Shown here: one piece after another, positions 9,808 through 20,357 of the stretch
Layout: each line of letters starts with the position of its first letter
Position numbering within the stretch: position 1 is the stretch's first letter
From: an uncultured Planctomycetota bacterium
Lineage (GTDB): Bacteria > Planctomycetota > PLA2 > JAEUHO01
Direction of reading: 5' to 3'
Assembly: GCA_963752285.1 (NCBI GenBank)
Contig: CAVVXN010000004.1
Location: forward strand, 1 to 64,000
DNA length: 64,000 nt
Made by a program: the position numbers and the translations under genes
Notes under the pieces: model-generated
What the model saw: the letters and a program-made list of their open reading frames with translations, nothing else
What the model was told of the DNA's origin: nothing
Database searches by the model: none

Positions 9808-10380
9808 TTGACTCATCCGATCGACCACGTGGCCCTGCTGGTGCCGCGGATCGAGCTCGTGCTCGAGAAGCTCGGCGGCCTGGCCACCGAGGCTGGCGAC
9901 ATCGAGGAGTTCCCCTCCGAGGGGACCCGGGAGCTCTACGTCGGCGGGGAAGGGCGTCAGGCCAGGCTCCTCTTGATGGAGGCGCGGGGAGACCAGGGCC
10001 CTTACGCCAGAGCGTTGGCGAAGCGGGGGCCGGGTTTGCACCACCTGGCGCTGGACGTTTTGGACCTGGATGCCTTCCTGGTCGGGCTCCGGGGCTGGCT
10101 GGTCCACCCGGCCGGCCTGCCGGAGCTGGCCGTTTCGCGCACCGTCTGGCTCGCCAGGCCAGGGATCCCCACGCTGCTGGAGATTCACGAGGCAAAGCCC
10201 GGCTCCGGGGAGCCCGTGGTGGAGGGCCTCGAGGTCCCAGTACCTGCGGGGCTCGCCGAGCTCCTGCATCTCCGGGTGGGGGAGGAGCCGGTGGCGGGGC
10301 TTCTCCCCTCTCCTGACGACGCCTGCTGGCTGCGCCTGGGCGGGCGGCGGCTTTCGGTGGAGGAGCTCCTGGACGTCTGA
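9808..10380 (+). CDS. VOC/glyoxalase family protein (methylmalonyl-CoA epimerase-like)
   Basis: IDHVALLV, EEFPSEGTRELYV and KRGPGLHHLALDV motifs. Confidence 0.8.
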   Translation: MTHPIDHVALLVPRIELVLEKLGGLATEAGDIEEFPSEGTRELYVGGEGRQARLLLMEARGDQGPYARALAKRGPGLHHLALDVLDLDAFLVGLRGWLVHPAGLPELAVSRTVWLARPGIPTLLEIHEAKPGSGEPVVEGLEVPVPAGLAELLHLRVGEEPVAGLLPSPDDACWLRLGGRRLSVEELLDV

Positions 10381-10661
10381 GCGCGGGGGACGCGGCGCGG
10401 CCGAGGAGAGGAACCTCCCCCGGGTGCCGGGAGCGCGGGAGATCCGCATCGACGGGGATCCGAACGGCAATCTGATCTCCCGCGCCGGCATCTCGCGCCT
10501 CGGCTCTTGTCGCCGGGGCGTTCCGGGCGCTGCTTCGGGCCCACGGCGCGATCGGCTCGCCTTCGGCCGGATGGCGACGCCCCGTCCGGTGGCTCGGGCG
10601 CGCGGGATCGGCGCACCGTGCGGGTGCGAGGCGTGCGGCGGGCGGCGCGCGGGGGGCGCCG

Positions 10662-11147
10662 TCAGAGATCCGCCGGCGGGTGTCCGAGCAGTCGGCGAAT
10701 CATGCCCGTCTGCCCCGTGTGATACGCGTCGTGAAGGCCAAGGAAGCCCACCATTTCCTCGACCGTCTCGACGGGGACCGGGAGTCCGGGCGGGAGCTTC
10801 TCGGCGAGTCGCTCCGGTGTGAGCGCTCCGAGGGTCGCCAGGAGGCGCTGCTGGGAGAGATCGTAGGCGCGCCAGATGTCGTCGAGCGGCTTCGCGGCCG
10901 CCGCGTCGAGCAGCGGCGCGGCGTGCCGGTCGTAGGCCCGGCCTTCCTCCTTGGACCACACGGGCTCGGCCCCCAGGCCCTCGAGGAACGCGCTCCGCGT
11001 GGTCACCAGGTGCCCGAGCACCCAGTTGAGACAGTTGCCCGCCGGGGCGAACGACCGGAGGCTCTCTTCGTGGGTCGCGTCGCCCACGTTCGTCTTGACG
11101 ACCTGGTGGCACATGCGGATCTGGAGCAACGCCATCTCGCGGCTCAT
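10662..11147 (-). CDS. DinB/YfiT-family protein
   Basis: GNCLNWVLGHL and HDAYHTGQ His motifs. Confidence 0.85.
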   Translation of the reverse strand: MSREMALLQIRMCHQVVKTNVGDATHEESLRSFAPAGNCLNWVLGHLVTTRSAFLEGLGAEPVWSKEEGRAYDRHAAPLLDAAAAKPLDDIWRAYDLSQQRLLATLGALTPERLAEKLPPGLPVPVETVEEMVGFLGLHDAYHTGQTGMIRRLLGHPPADL

Positions 11148-11453
11148 GACTTCCTCTCCTTGCGGCGGTCCGACGACGGCCGTGGTCCCACGCCGGCCGG
11201 GGCACAGCCTCGACTCTCCTATCCTGGGGAGGCGGACCCGACCGCCGGCCGCGCGGTACCCACGCGCCGCCGGCCCGCTCTGCGGGGTGGGCGTCCAGGG
11301 ACTCCGGGCCCTCCTTGCCGTCGCCGATCCCGGGCCGCCGCGCGGGGCGCACCCGTCGGCACCGCGCTCGACGGCAAGGGCCGACGTCGGTTCGTCGGCT
11401 GCCGTGGGCGCGCCTCGCCACGGGGCCCCGCGCGGTCCACCACGACGACCGGC

Positions 11454-13526
11454 TCACTGCGCGGGATGGACGCCCAGCGAACCCAGGCCCTCCTCCCCGG
11501 CCAGGACCACCAGGCGGTCGCCGCGGCGGAGCACGTCGTGGGGGGAGGGGACGAAGCGCCGCACCGTGCCGTCGGTCTCGAGCCGCGAGACGGCGAGCAC
11601 CGTGATCCCGTGTTGCTCCCGGAGCCGGCTCTGCGCGAGCGTCCGCCCCTCGAGCTCGAGGGGGACGTCGATGTTCGCGAGCCGGTGGCGCTCGGGCATC
11701 TCGAAGTAGTCCACCTCCTCGGCGCCGCGCGCGAGGTGGGAGACCCGGGCGAAGAGCGCGCTCCGGCCGAGGATCTCGCGGTCCATCGCGCCGAGGATGT
11801 CCCGGCGCGTGATGATCCCGAGGAACCGGCACGTGTCGCGTCCGTCCACGACCGGGAGCTGGTCGAAGTCGCGGAGCCAGATCTTCCGATTGACGTCGGC
11901 GATCGACTCGTCGCGCAGGACGAATGGGATGCTCCGGAGGACGTCGCCGGCGATCACGGGCAGGGAGACGTCGCCGGTGCGCATCACGTCCTTCAGGTCG
12001 TGGAGGTCCACCACGCCGAGGTACCGCCCTTCGTCGTCGCCGACGAAGAGCACGGTGTTGCGCGTCTGGAGGAACGCATCGACCATCGCCTCCAGGGAGA
12101 GCGTCTGCGGCACGAGGGGGACGTCCCCCCGCATCAGGTCGCCCGCGCGGAGCTGCGTGAGCGCCGTCGCCTGGGGCGTGCCCTGCCAGTGGACGCCCGC
12201 CTCCCTCAGCTCCTCGACGTAGATCGACTCCCGCTCGAAGATGCGCGCGCCGGCGATCGCGACCGCCGACACGATCATCATCGGGAGGACGATCGACGGC
12301 TCGTCGGTCAGCTCGAACATCATGATGACGGCGAGGATCGGCGCGCGCGTGGTGGCGGCGAGGAGCCCGCCCATGCCGAGGAGGCCGTAGCAGTAGACGG
12401 GCGCGGTGAGGTGGGGGAAGAGCGCCTGGGCCCCGTGGCCGACGAGGCAGCCGAGGGTCGCCCCGACCATCAGGGCCGGGGTGAACACGCCGCCCACCCC
12501 GCCGGAGCCGATCGTGAGGCTCGTCGCGGCGATCTTCGCCACGCAGAGGGCCGCGATCGTGCCCACCGTCACCTTGCCGGCGAGGACGAGGTTCGTGCCT
12601 TCGAATCCGTTGCCCCAGACCTCGGGGAACCAGATCCCGATCGCGCCGACGCCGGCGCCCGCGACGAGCATGCGGAACTCGTCGCGCCATCCTGTCGCGT
12701 GGAACCAGCGCTTGGCCTGGCGCAGCATGCGCATGAAGAACACGGCGCCGATGCCCGCCGCGAGCCCGAGCGGGATGTACGGCAGGAACTCGAGCGCGGA
12801 CGTGATGCTGAACGGTTCCACCAGGTAGAGCGGAGCGTTTCCGAGCACCGCGCGCGTCGTCACGGACGACACGGCGGCCGAGACCACGACGGGGCCGAAC
12901 AGGGACATCGAGAACGATCCGACGATCAGCTCCATCACGAAGAGCGTCGCCGAGATGGGCGTGTTGTAGGCGCCCGCGACGCCCGCGGCCATGCCGCAGG
13001 CCACGAGGATCTGCCCGCGCTCGGGTGAGACCTTGACCTGCCGGGCGACGCCCGAGGCCGACGCGGCCGCCATCTGGATGATCGGGCCCTCGCGGCCCTC
13101 CGAGCCGCCCGTCGCGATCACGAGGAGCGACGAGAAGGTCCGGGCCAACGACTGTCGGAAGCGCACCGTGCGCCGGCCGACCGCCACGACCTCCATGATC
13201 TGCGCGATGCCCATCGTGCCGTAGATCCGGACGAAGCGACGCGCGATCCATCCCCCCGCGAACGCGCCCGTTGCGGGGAGCAGGATCGTCCACACGGGCG
13301 GCAGGCTGCGCCCGCCCTCGACGATGTCCTCGTGGCCCGTGAAGCCCTCCGTCAGGAGGTGGGTCAGCTCGCGGAAGACGATCGCGCCCACCGCGCCGAG
13401 GAGGCCGACGAGCACCGCGAGCGCGAAGAAGCTCGTGTTGGGGTCGCGCCAGTGGAGGCGGGCGAGACGCGGGACGGCGTCGTCCGCCGCGTCGGCCGGG
13501 GGGGCGGGGGACGCCGACGGGGTCAT
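11454..13526 (-). CDS. ClC-family chloride channel/antiporter with CBS pair and TrkA-C (RCK_C) domain
   Basis: GREGP and GGVFTP motifs, many TM helices, a CBS pair and a C-terminal GRTLAQSRLREQHGITVLAV. Confidence 0.92.
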   Translation of the reverse strand: MTPSASPAPPADAADDAVPRLARLHWRDPNTSFFALAVLVGLLGAVGAIVFRELTHLLTEGFTGHEDIVEGGRSLPPVWTILLPATGAFAGGWIARRFVRIYGTMGIAQIMEVVAVGRRTVRFRQSLARTFSSLLVIATGGSEGREGPIIQMAAASASGVARQVKVSPERGQILVACGMAAGVAGAYNTPISATLFVMELIVGSFSMSLFGPVVVSAAVSSVTTRAVLGNAPLYLVEPFSITSALEFLPYIPLGLAAGIGAVFFMRMLRQAKRWFHATGWRDEFRMLVAGAGVGAIGIWFPEVWGNGFEGTNLVLAGKVTVGTIAALCVAKIAATSLTIGSGGVGGVFTPALMVGATLGCLVGHGAQALFPHLTAPVYCYGLLGMGGLLAATTRAPILAVIMMFELTDEPSIVLPMMIVSAVAIAGARIFERESIYVEELREAGVHWQGTPQATALTQLRAGDLMRGDVPLVPQTLSLEAMVDAFLQTRNTVLFVGDDEGRYLGVVDLHDLKDVMRTGDVSLPVIAGDVLRSIPFVLRDESIADVNRKIWLRDFDQLPVVDGRDTCRFLGIITRRDILGAMDREILGRSALFARVSHLARGAEEVDYFEMPERHRLANIDVPLELEGRTLAQSRLREQHGITVLAVSRLETDGTVRRFVPSPHDVLRRGDRLVVLAGEEGLGSLGVHPAQ

Positions 13527-13656
13527 CGCGCGCCGCTCCCCGGGCGCGGCCGCCGGCGCGGGGCGCCGGCCCGGCTCGAGATCGATTCGTGCGGGTCCTG
13601 GCCGGCGATGGCTCGCTCCTGCGGCTCCTCCGCCAGGGTAGCCCGGCGGGGGCCCG

Positions 13657-15477
13657 TCACCCCGCGAGCGCGACCGCCGCCGCGATCTGCGACAGGTGGG
13701 TCAGCCCCTGGGGGAAGTTCCCGAGCATGGCCCCGGACGCAAGATCGACCTCCTCCGAGAAGAGGCCGAGGTCGTTGGCCGTCGCCAGGGCCCGCGCGTA
13801 GACCTCGCGCGCCTCGTCGAGGCGGCCCTGCCGGGCCAGCACCTCGGCGAGCCAGAACGTGCAGGCGATGAACGACCCCTCCAGCCCATCGAGCTGGTCC
13901 GAGCCCGCGCCGTACCGGCGGAGGAGACCGTCCTCCTCGAGCTCCTCGCGGATCGCGTCCGTGGTGCGGACCATGCGTGGGTCGTCGTAGCCCACGAACC
14001 CGAACACGGGCAGCAAGAGCAGCGCGGCGTCCATCGCCTCGCCCCCGAGGGTCTGCACGAACACGCCGCGGTCCGCGTCGTAGCCCTCGTCCTCGATCGC
14101 CTCGCGGATCGCCGCGCACTCCTGTTTCCAGGCGTCCACCGGGCCGTCCCGTCCGAGCGCCTCGGCCAGCCGGACCCCCCGGTCGAAGGCCGTCCAGCAC
14201 ATGGCCTTCGAGTGCACGAAGTGGCGTCGCTCTCCCCGGACCTCCCAGATGCCGTGGTCGGCCAGGCGCCAGCACTTCCGGGCCTCCTCGACCAGATCGC
14301 AGAGGAACGCCCAGTACTCGTCGTCGGGCGAGGCGCCGCGCTCGTGGCGGCGCCAGGCGAGGTCGAGCAGCTCGCCGTAGACGTCGTGCTGTCGCTGTGT
14401 CTCCGCGGCGTTGCCGATTCGGACCGGGCTCGACCCCCGGTAGCCGGAGAGCTCGGGTACCTCGTGCTCGGGCAGGCGACGCTCGCCACCCACGCCGAAG
14501 AGAACCTGCACCTCGCGCGCGCTGCCCGCGGCGCTCCGCGTCACGAATCGCGAGAAGCCGTCCGCCTCCTTCTCGTAGCCGAGCTGCCCGAGCGCACGCA
14601 TGGCGAACACGGAGTCGCGGATCCACGTGAACCGGTAGTCCCAGTTGCGGGAGCCTCCCAGCACCTCCGGGAGGGAGGTCGTGGCCGCCGCCGCCATCGC
14701 GCCGGTCGGCGCGTTCGTGAGGCCCTTCAGGACGACGGCCGATCGGCGTGTGTGCTCGTCCGACACGAGGTCGTGGTCGCCTTGATCGCTCCAGGCGCGC
14801 CACCAGTCGCGCGTCTCCTCGAGGCGCTCGTCGATCTCCTCGGACGTCGAGGGCCGCGCCACGCCGCGGTCGAGCTCCTCGGGGCGCCGGTGCTCGATCG
14901 CGAGGCGGAGACGTTCTCCCTCCCTGACGACCGCCTTCCCTCGGAGCGCGTGGCGTTCGTGGCGTTCGAGAGGGAGGTCACCGCTCACGAGGAGGCCCGA
15001 GCTCCCGCCCATCAGGCAGAAGTACGAGTCGTCCTCGGCGGCCCGGACCCACGGCGCCACCGCGCCGTAGTCGAAGCGCGGCCGGGCGTCCAGCTCGAGC
15101 TCGACCTCCCCCCGGACGCCCTCGACGACGCGGAGGAGCTGGCGGTAGGGGGCGTGCCGTCCGCCGCGGCGCATCGCGAAGAAGTCGAGGAGTCGCGCCT
15201 CGCCCTCGTCCGTCCGGAACGTGGTCTCGAGGACCAGGGAGGGACCCTCGTACCGACGCGTCGTGTCGAACGCTCCCGTGGGCTTGAGGGCCAGGAACCC
15301 GCCCTTTCGAGGGTCCAGGAGCGCGGCGAAGCACGAGGCGGAGTCGATGCGCGGCATGGCGCACCAGACGATGGTCCCGTCCCGGGCGACGAGCGCGGCC
15401 GCGTGACAATCCGAGAGGTATCCGCAGTCCGCGATGGAGGGGCCGGGGCCGTCGTGCTGGTCCTTCGCTCCCGCCAT
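13657..15477 (-). CDS. Glycoside hydrolase family 15 (trehalase/glucoamylase-like)
   Basis: AAATTSLPE, RNWDYRFTWIRD, GIWEVR, NDLGLFSEE and GNFPQGLTH motifs. Confidence 0.95.
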   Translation of the reverse strand: MAGAKDQHDGPGPSIADCGYLSDCHAAALVARDGTIVWCAMPRIDSASCFAALLDPRKGGFLALKPTGAFDTTRRYEGPSLVLETTFRTDEGEARLLDFFAMRRGGRHAPYRQLLRVVEGVRGEVELELDARPRFDYGAVAPWVRAAEDDSYFCLMGGSSGLLVSGDLPLERHERHALRGKAVVREGERLRLAIEHRRPEELDRGVARPSTSEEIDERLEETRDWWRAWSDQGDHDLVSDEHTRRSAVVLKGLTNAPTGAMAAAATTSLPEVLGGSRNWDYRFTWIRDSVFAMRALGQLGYEKEADGFSRFVTRSAAGSAREVQVLFGVGGERRLPEHEVPELSGYRGSSPVRIGNAAETQRQHDVYGELLDLAWRRHERGASPDDEYWAFLCDLVEEARKCWRLADHGIWEVRGERRHFVHSKAMCWTAFDRGVRLAEALGRDGPVDAWKQECAAIREAIEDEGYDADRGVFVQTLGGEAMDAALLLLPVFGFVGYDDPRMVRTTDAIREELEEDGLLRRYGAGSDQLDGLEGSFIACTFWLAEVLARQGRLDEAREVYARALATANDLGLFSEEVDLASGAMLGNFPQGLTHLSQIAAAVALAG

Positions 15478-15978
15478 CGTCCGCCTGCCCGTCCGTCACC
15501 GGCCCCGCGCCACGCGCGCGGGCGCCGGCCCCTCACGAGGTCCCGTTGCGGCCTGGCCGGCGCCCGCACATCGTACGTGACACGACGAGGCACCGCACCG
15601 CCCGCGGGGCCGGACCCCGGAGGTCGCCGCGCGCGCGGCTCCCCGGAACACGGCGTGACGCAGGGACCGCGGTCGGTCGGGCCCGGCGCGCGTGCGGTCC
15701 ACGCGCGTCCCCGGGGACACCCTCACGCGGCCAAGATGCGGCGCACACCCGTGAACGGTACGGTTTCCCATCCGTCTACGGACGGGGCGCACCCGCTGTG
15801 AGCGTGCGCGCGACTCGGGCGTGTCTCCGTCCGCGGGGACAGAGGACCCGCGTCTTCATGAGCCCGCTCTTCGTGCGCGCACGGAGGCCGGCGCGGTGGC
15901 ATGATGGATGGTGTCTCTCGGCGGCGCGAGCGAGGGGCACATGACTCCTGTCGGCTTCGCGTCGATGAGGAGACGGCC

Positions 15979-16749
15979 ATGGCCATCACGTTTCGTGGAA
16001 GGGCGGCGTGGGGTCCGGTGTCCATGGGAGAGCCCGCAGGTTCCGATCCCTGCGCGTGCCTGGGCGACATCGAGACGCGTCTTCGCAGCCGGCTCGGTGC
16101 CGCCTCGCCGCTGCTCGGCGACCTCGCCCGCTTTGGCGACTGCGTGAACCTCTCCGACCGGCACTTCCTCCTCGATCGTTGCGAGCACGACGCCGGCGGG
16201 CGGTTCGCGCTCGCCGTCCACGTCCTCGGCGCACGGGCGGAGGCGGCTCCGTACGACGAGTACCTCGGCGGCGTGTGGGTGCTCGGCGACACGCGAACCG
16301 GTCGCCTTTGCGTCTCGCCTCGCATCCTCCGGCTCGTCTCGCGACTCGGCGCGATCGTGCCCGTGATCGGGCGCTTCCCGACCGAGGAGTACGTCCGTAC
16401 CACCGCCCACGACGTGCACGGCGACCTCGACGCCGTCGTGCATGCGGCCTTCTCGGCGCGCGTGGTCGAGGCGGCGGCGCACGCGCTCCGCGCCGCGATG
16501 CGGATCCCCGCGCGCGACCCCGTGGAGGCGCTCCTCCGGCGCGGGATCCGCCTCGCGCGGTCCGAGCGGGAGACGCTGGCCACGACCTTCGGCGACGAGG
16601 GCGAACCCACGCTCTACGGCGTCTTCCTCGCGCTCCTCGGGGCCGCCCAGCGCGCCCTGGATCTCGCGGACCGCGATCGACTCGAGCGACTGGCGGGCAC
16701 GATCGTCGAGGCGCTGACCTTGGCGGGGCCCGTGCTCGCGCGGGGCTGA
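15979..16749 (+). CDS. Hypothetical protein (weak DUF932-like resemblance)
   Basis: GAGGAG RBS before ATG 15979; typical codon usage; LCVSPRILRLVSRLGAI motif. Confidence 0.6.
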   Translation: MAITFRGRAAWGPVSMGEPAGSDPCACLGDIETRLRSRLGAASPLLGDLARFGDCVNLSDRHFLLDRCEHDAGGRFALAVHVLGARAEAAPYDEYLGGVWVLGDTRTGRLCVSPRILRLVSRLGAIVPVIGRFPTEEYVRTTAHDVHGDLDAVVHAAFSARVVEAAAHALRAAMRIPARDPVEALLRRGIRLARSERETLATTFGDEGEPTLYGVFLALLGAAQRALDLADRDRLERLAGTIVEALTLAGPVLARG

Positions 16750-16866
16750 ACTCCGGACCGTCCTCCGGCGCCCCGGAGGACCGGCCGTCTTGCGTCCCGG
16801 AAGGCCGGGACCACGCCTCATGGCAAGACCGTACTGGCACTCATCGAAACGAGGGGGACGAGACCG

Positions 16867-17352
16867 ATGCGCGTAGAACAGATCATGACCCGCGACCCCG
16901 TCGCCTGCCGGCCCGAGGACGGCCTGGACCTCGTGGCCCAACGTCTGTGGGACGGGGACTGCGGCGCGATGCCCGTTCGCGCCGCCGACGGCCGACCGAT
17001 CGCGATGATCACGGACCGGGACGTCTGCATGTGCTCGCTCTTCCGCGGCCGGCCGCTCCGGGAGCTCCGCGTCGTGGACGCGGTCCGTGGGAAGGGCGCG
17101 GTGGCGTATTGCCGCGCCGACGCGTCGCTCGCCGACGCGATGCGGACGCTTCGGGAGGCGCGCGTGCGCCGTCTTCCCGTCGTGGACGACGCGGGCGCCC
17201 TGGTCGGCGTGCTCTCGCTCGCGGACCTCGCGCGCGAGGCTTCGCGGCAGCGGCGCCGGAAGCACCCCGACGTGAGCGAGGCGAAGGTGGGCCAGACGCT
17301 CGCTGCGATCTGCGAACCGGCGGAGCGCCTCGAGCCCGCGTCCGCGCCGTGA
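16867..17352 (+). CDS. CBS-domain protein
   Basis: IMTRDPV, MITDRDV and VRRLPVVD..LVGVLSLADL motifs. Confidence 0.92.
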   Translation: MRVEQIMTRDPVACRPEDGLDLVAQRLWDGDCGAMPVRAADGRPIAMITDRDVCMCSLFRGRPLRELRVVDAVRGKGAVAYCRADASLADAMRTLREARVRRLPVVDDAGALVGVLSLADLAREASRQRRRKHPDVSEAKVGQTLAAICEPAERLEPASAP

Positions 17353-17367
17353 GGCGGGGGGCGTCCG

Positions 17368-18714
17368 ATGCAGTTCCACGTCCTCTCGTTCGAGGGTCCC
17401 GACCCGTACGCCCGCGCGGGCGGCCTCGCGAGCCGCGTGGAGGGGCTCTCCGACGCGCTCGCGACGCTGGGCCACGAGACCCACCTCTGGTACGTCGGGG
17501 ACTCCGGTCTGCCGGGGCACGAGCGGCTCGGCAACCTGAATCGCCATCGCTGGTGCCAGTGGATCAGCCGCTACCACCCGGCCGGCGTGTACGACGGCGA
17601 GTGGGGGAAGCAGGCCGACTTCGCGTCCTCCCTCCCGCCGTATCTCGTCGAGGAGGTGCTGACGCCGTACCTCGCGACCGGTGGGCGGGCCGTCGTGATG
17701 GCCGAGGAGTGGCACACGGCGCACGCGGTCCTCCACTTGGACCACCTGCTCCGCGCGCGCGGCCTTCGGGACCGCGTCGAGATCCTGTGGAACGCCAACA
17801 ACACCTACGGGTTCGAGCACGTCCCCTGGCCGAAGCTCCTGGCGGCCAGCCGCATCACCACCGTGAGCCGCTACATGAAACAGCGTATGTGGGCGGTGGG
17901 CGTGGACCCGCTGGTCGTTCCCAACGGCCTTCCCACCGACGCCTTCGACGACCCCGACCCCCTGGCCGTCCAGGCGCTCCGCGCCCGGCTCCGGGACCGG
18001 ACGATCCTCGCGAAGCTCGCGCGGTGGCATCCCGACAAGCGCTGGAGCACCGCGATCGCCACCGTGGCCGAGCTGAAGGCGCAGGGATGGCGCCCGCTGC
18101 TCGTGGCGCGGGGCGGCAGCGAGCCGTACGGGGGCGAGATGCGCCTCCTGGCGCGTCGCGCCGGCCTGGTCTGGCGCGAGCGCACGCTTCGCTCGGTCGC
18201 CGTCGAGGACCTCCTGGCCGCCGTGGAGGGTCTCGAGGACGTGGACGTCGTGCACCTCGCGACGCACGTCGCGCCGACGCCGCGGCGCCTGCTCTTCGCC
18301 GGCGCCGACGCCGTGCTCGCGAACAGCGTGCACGAACCCTTCGGCCTCGTCGGACTCGAGGCGATGGCGGTCGGGGGCGTCGCGTGTACGGGGTGCTCCG
18401 GCGAGGACTACGTCCTCCCCGGCCAGAACGCATTGATGCTCGAGACCGACGACCCCGGCGAGTTCCGACAGCTCTATGGCGCGCTCCGCTCCGATCCGGG
18501 CGCCGAGGCCGCGCTCCGGCGCGCCGCGCGGTGGACCGCGCGCCGCTTCACCTGGGCCACCGTGCTCCGGCACGCCTTCCTGCCGCGGCTCGCGGCGCGC
18601 CCCGAGGGACGCCCGGCGCCGGATCTCCCCCCGCGGCGTCGCCGGACCGTGCTTCGTACGGAGCGCCCGGACCTCGCCGTCCGCCGCCCGCCGCCGGCGC
18701 TCTCCCTGCGGTGA
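17368..18714 (+). CDS. Glycosyltransferase family 4 (GT-B)
   Basis: AGGL near the N-terminus, VVPNGL and NSVHEPFGLVGLEAMAVG motifs. Confidence 0.9.
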   Translation: MQFHVLSFEGPDPYARAGGLASRVEGLSDALATLGHETHLWYVGDSGLPGHERLGNLNRHRWCQWISRYHPAGVYDGEWGKQADFASSLPPYLVEEVLTPYLATGGRAVVMAEEWHTAHAVLHLDHLLRARGLRDRVEILWNANNTYGFEHVPWPKLLAASRITTVSRYMKQRMWAVGVDPLVVPNGLPTDAFDDPDPLAVQALRARLRDRTILAKLARWHPDKRWSTAIATVAELKAQGWRPLLVARGGSEPYGGEMRLLARRAGLVWRERTLRSVAVEDLLAAVEGLEDVDVVHLATHVAPTPRRLLFAGADAVLANSVHEPFGLVGLEAMAVGGVACTGCSGEDYVLPGQNALMLETDDPGEFRQLYGALRSDPGAEAALRRAARWTARRFTWATVLRHAFLPRLAARPEGRPAPDLPPRRRRTVLRTERPDLAVRRPPPALSLR

Positions 18715-18795
18715 CGGGGCCGCGCGTCGCCGCGCGGCCCCCGCTCCTGCCGCCTGCCCTTCCGGCCTCGCGGCGGGCGCCGGACCGCTCGGAGG

Positions 18796-20214
18796 TCAGG
18801 CGGGCGCCACGTTCGGGTTCTGCCGGAAGAGGTTTCCCGGGTCGTACGCCTGCTTCACCCGGCGGAGGCGTGCGTAATTGGGGCCGTACGCCGCGGGAAC
18901 GCGCGCCGCCTCGTCCGCGGGCATGAAGTTCACGTACGCCCCGCCCGTCGCGAAGGGAGCGGCCGCGTCGAACATGCGCCGCGCCCAGGCGATCATCTCG
19001 GCGTCCTGCTTCGGGTCCTCCCAGCGCGTGTGCACGTTCATGACGAACTGGGCGTCGCGGTCGGCGTAGGCCGTGGCATCGGCGGGCACGCGTGCGATCG
19101 CGCCGCCGAGCTGGCCGATGAACACCTCGGACAGCGGGGACGGCAGTGTCGATGCGGCCTCGAGGACCACGTCGATGAACCCGTCCGACAGGTCGGCGAA
19201 GTCGTGCGACTTCCAGTAGTTCCTCGCGCCGGGCGTGAGGAGCGGGTCGAACGCCGTCTGGAACCCCGCGTAGGGACTCACCCCGACCACGTCGGCGATG
19301 GGCTCGCCGAGCGCGCGGTACGGGCGGGCCACGTCCTCGCCCTTCGCCGGGTCGCCCGCGTAGAGCATCGCGAAGACGAGCACGAGGCGTCCGTGCCACG
19401 CCTCGGGGAGGAACGGGAGGGGCGGCGCGTGGCGGAGGACCGACCACACCGCCAGCTCGTCGGGCGCCGCCTTCGCGAGCGTGCGGTACGTGCGGAGCAG
19501 GTCTCGGGCGGCCTCGATCGGGTGGACGACGAGCCCGCACAGCACGTCGGGCCCCACGGGGTGGAGCTCGAGCTCGAACTCGGTGACCACGCCGAAGTTG
19601 CCGCCTCCGCCCCGGAGCGCCCAGAAGAGGTCGGCATGCTCCTGCTCCGAGGCGCGGAGCGTCTTCCCGTCGGCCGTGACCACCTCCGCGGAGCGGAGGT
19701 TGTCGATCGTCAAGCCGAGGCTCCGGCTGAGCCAGCCGAAGCCGCCCCCGAGGGTCAGCCCGGCGAGCCCCGTCGTGGAGTTGATGCCGACGGGGACGGC
19801 GAGGCCGTGCGCCTGGGTGGCGCGGTCGAGGTCGGCGAGCGTTGCGCCCGGCCCCGCGTACGCGCGCCGCTTCACGGCGTTCACGCGGACGTCCTTCATC
19901 TGCGAGAGGTCGATCATGAGACCGCCCTCGCAGACGGCGTGCCCCGCGATGTTGTGACCGCCGCCGCGGACGGAGAGGCGCAGCCGGTGCTCGCGAGCGA
20001 GGCCCACGGCCCTCGCGACGCCCGCGGCGTTCCTGCACCGCGCGACGAGGCCGGGCCGGCGGTCGATCATCGCGTTCCAGATCGATCGGGCCTCGTCGTA
20101 GCCGGGGGCGCCCGGGAGCAACGCCTCGGCCCCGCCGTCGGCCCCCAGGGCCTTCACGGCGGCGTCGGGGACCTCGGTCTTCGTGCCGTCCTGTCGTACG
20201 AGCGAGAGTGCCAT
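18796..20214 (-). CDS. FAD-linked oxidoreductase (BBE-like)
   Basis: VRGGGHN, LFWALRGGGGNFGVVT and YVNF...KQAYDPGNLF motifs. Confidence 0.95.
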   Translation of the reverse strand: MALSLVRQDGTKTEVPDAAVKALGADGGAEALLPGAPGYDEARSIWNAMIDRRPGLVARCRNAAGVARAVGLAREHRLRLSVRGGGHNIAGHAVCEGGLMIDLSQMKDVRVNAVKRRAYAGPGATLADLDRATQAHGLAVPVGINSTTGLAGLTLGGGFGWLSRSLGLTIDNLRSAEVVTADGKTLRASEQEHADLFWALRGGGGNFGVVTEFELELHPVGPDVLCGLVVHPIEAARDLLRTYRTLAKAAPDELAVWSVLRHAPPLPFLPEAWHGRLVLVFAMLYAGDPAKGEDVARPYRALGEPIADVVGVSPYAGFQTAFDPLLTPGARNYWKSHDFADLSDGFIDVVLEAASTLPSPLSEVFIGQLGGAIARVPADATAYADRDAQFVMNVHTRWEDPKQDAEMIAWARRMFDAAAPFATGGAYVNFMPADEAARVPAAYGPNYARLRRVKQAYDPGNLFRQNPNVAPA

Positions 20215-20357
20215 CTCGTGTCCTCCCCGGGCCCGGCCACCCGCCGAGTCCCCGTCCCCGCCAGGCTAGGCCGTGCGAGCAGGGAGACGCGAGGGTGGCG
20301 CGGAGGACGCCTCGGACTTTGGGCCCGCCCGGGGACCCGCCGGCCCACCCCGTCCCG

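Noticed and set aside
9520..13293. Very long Arg/Pro/Gly-rich ORFs (e.g. 1257 aa here, 1458 aa at 33363-37739, 972 aa at 16008-18926)
   Set aside because: Shadow frames of real genes in very high-GC DNA; low-complexity translations with no motifs.
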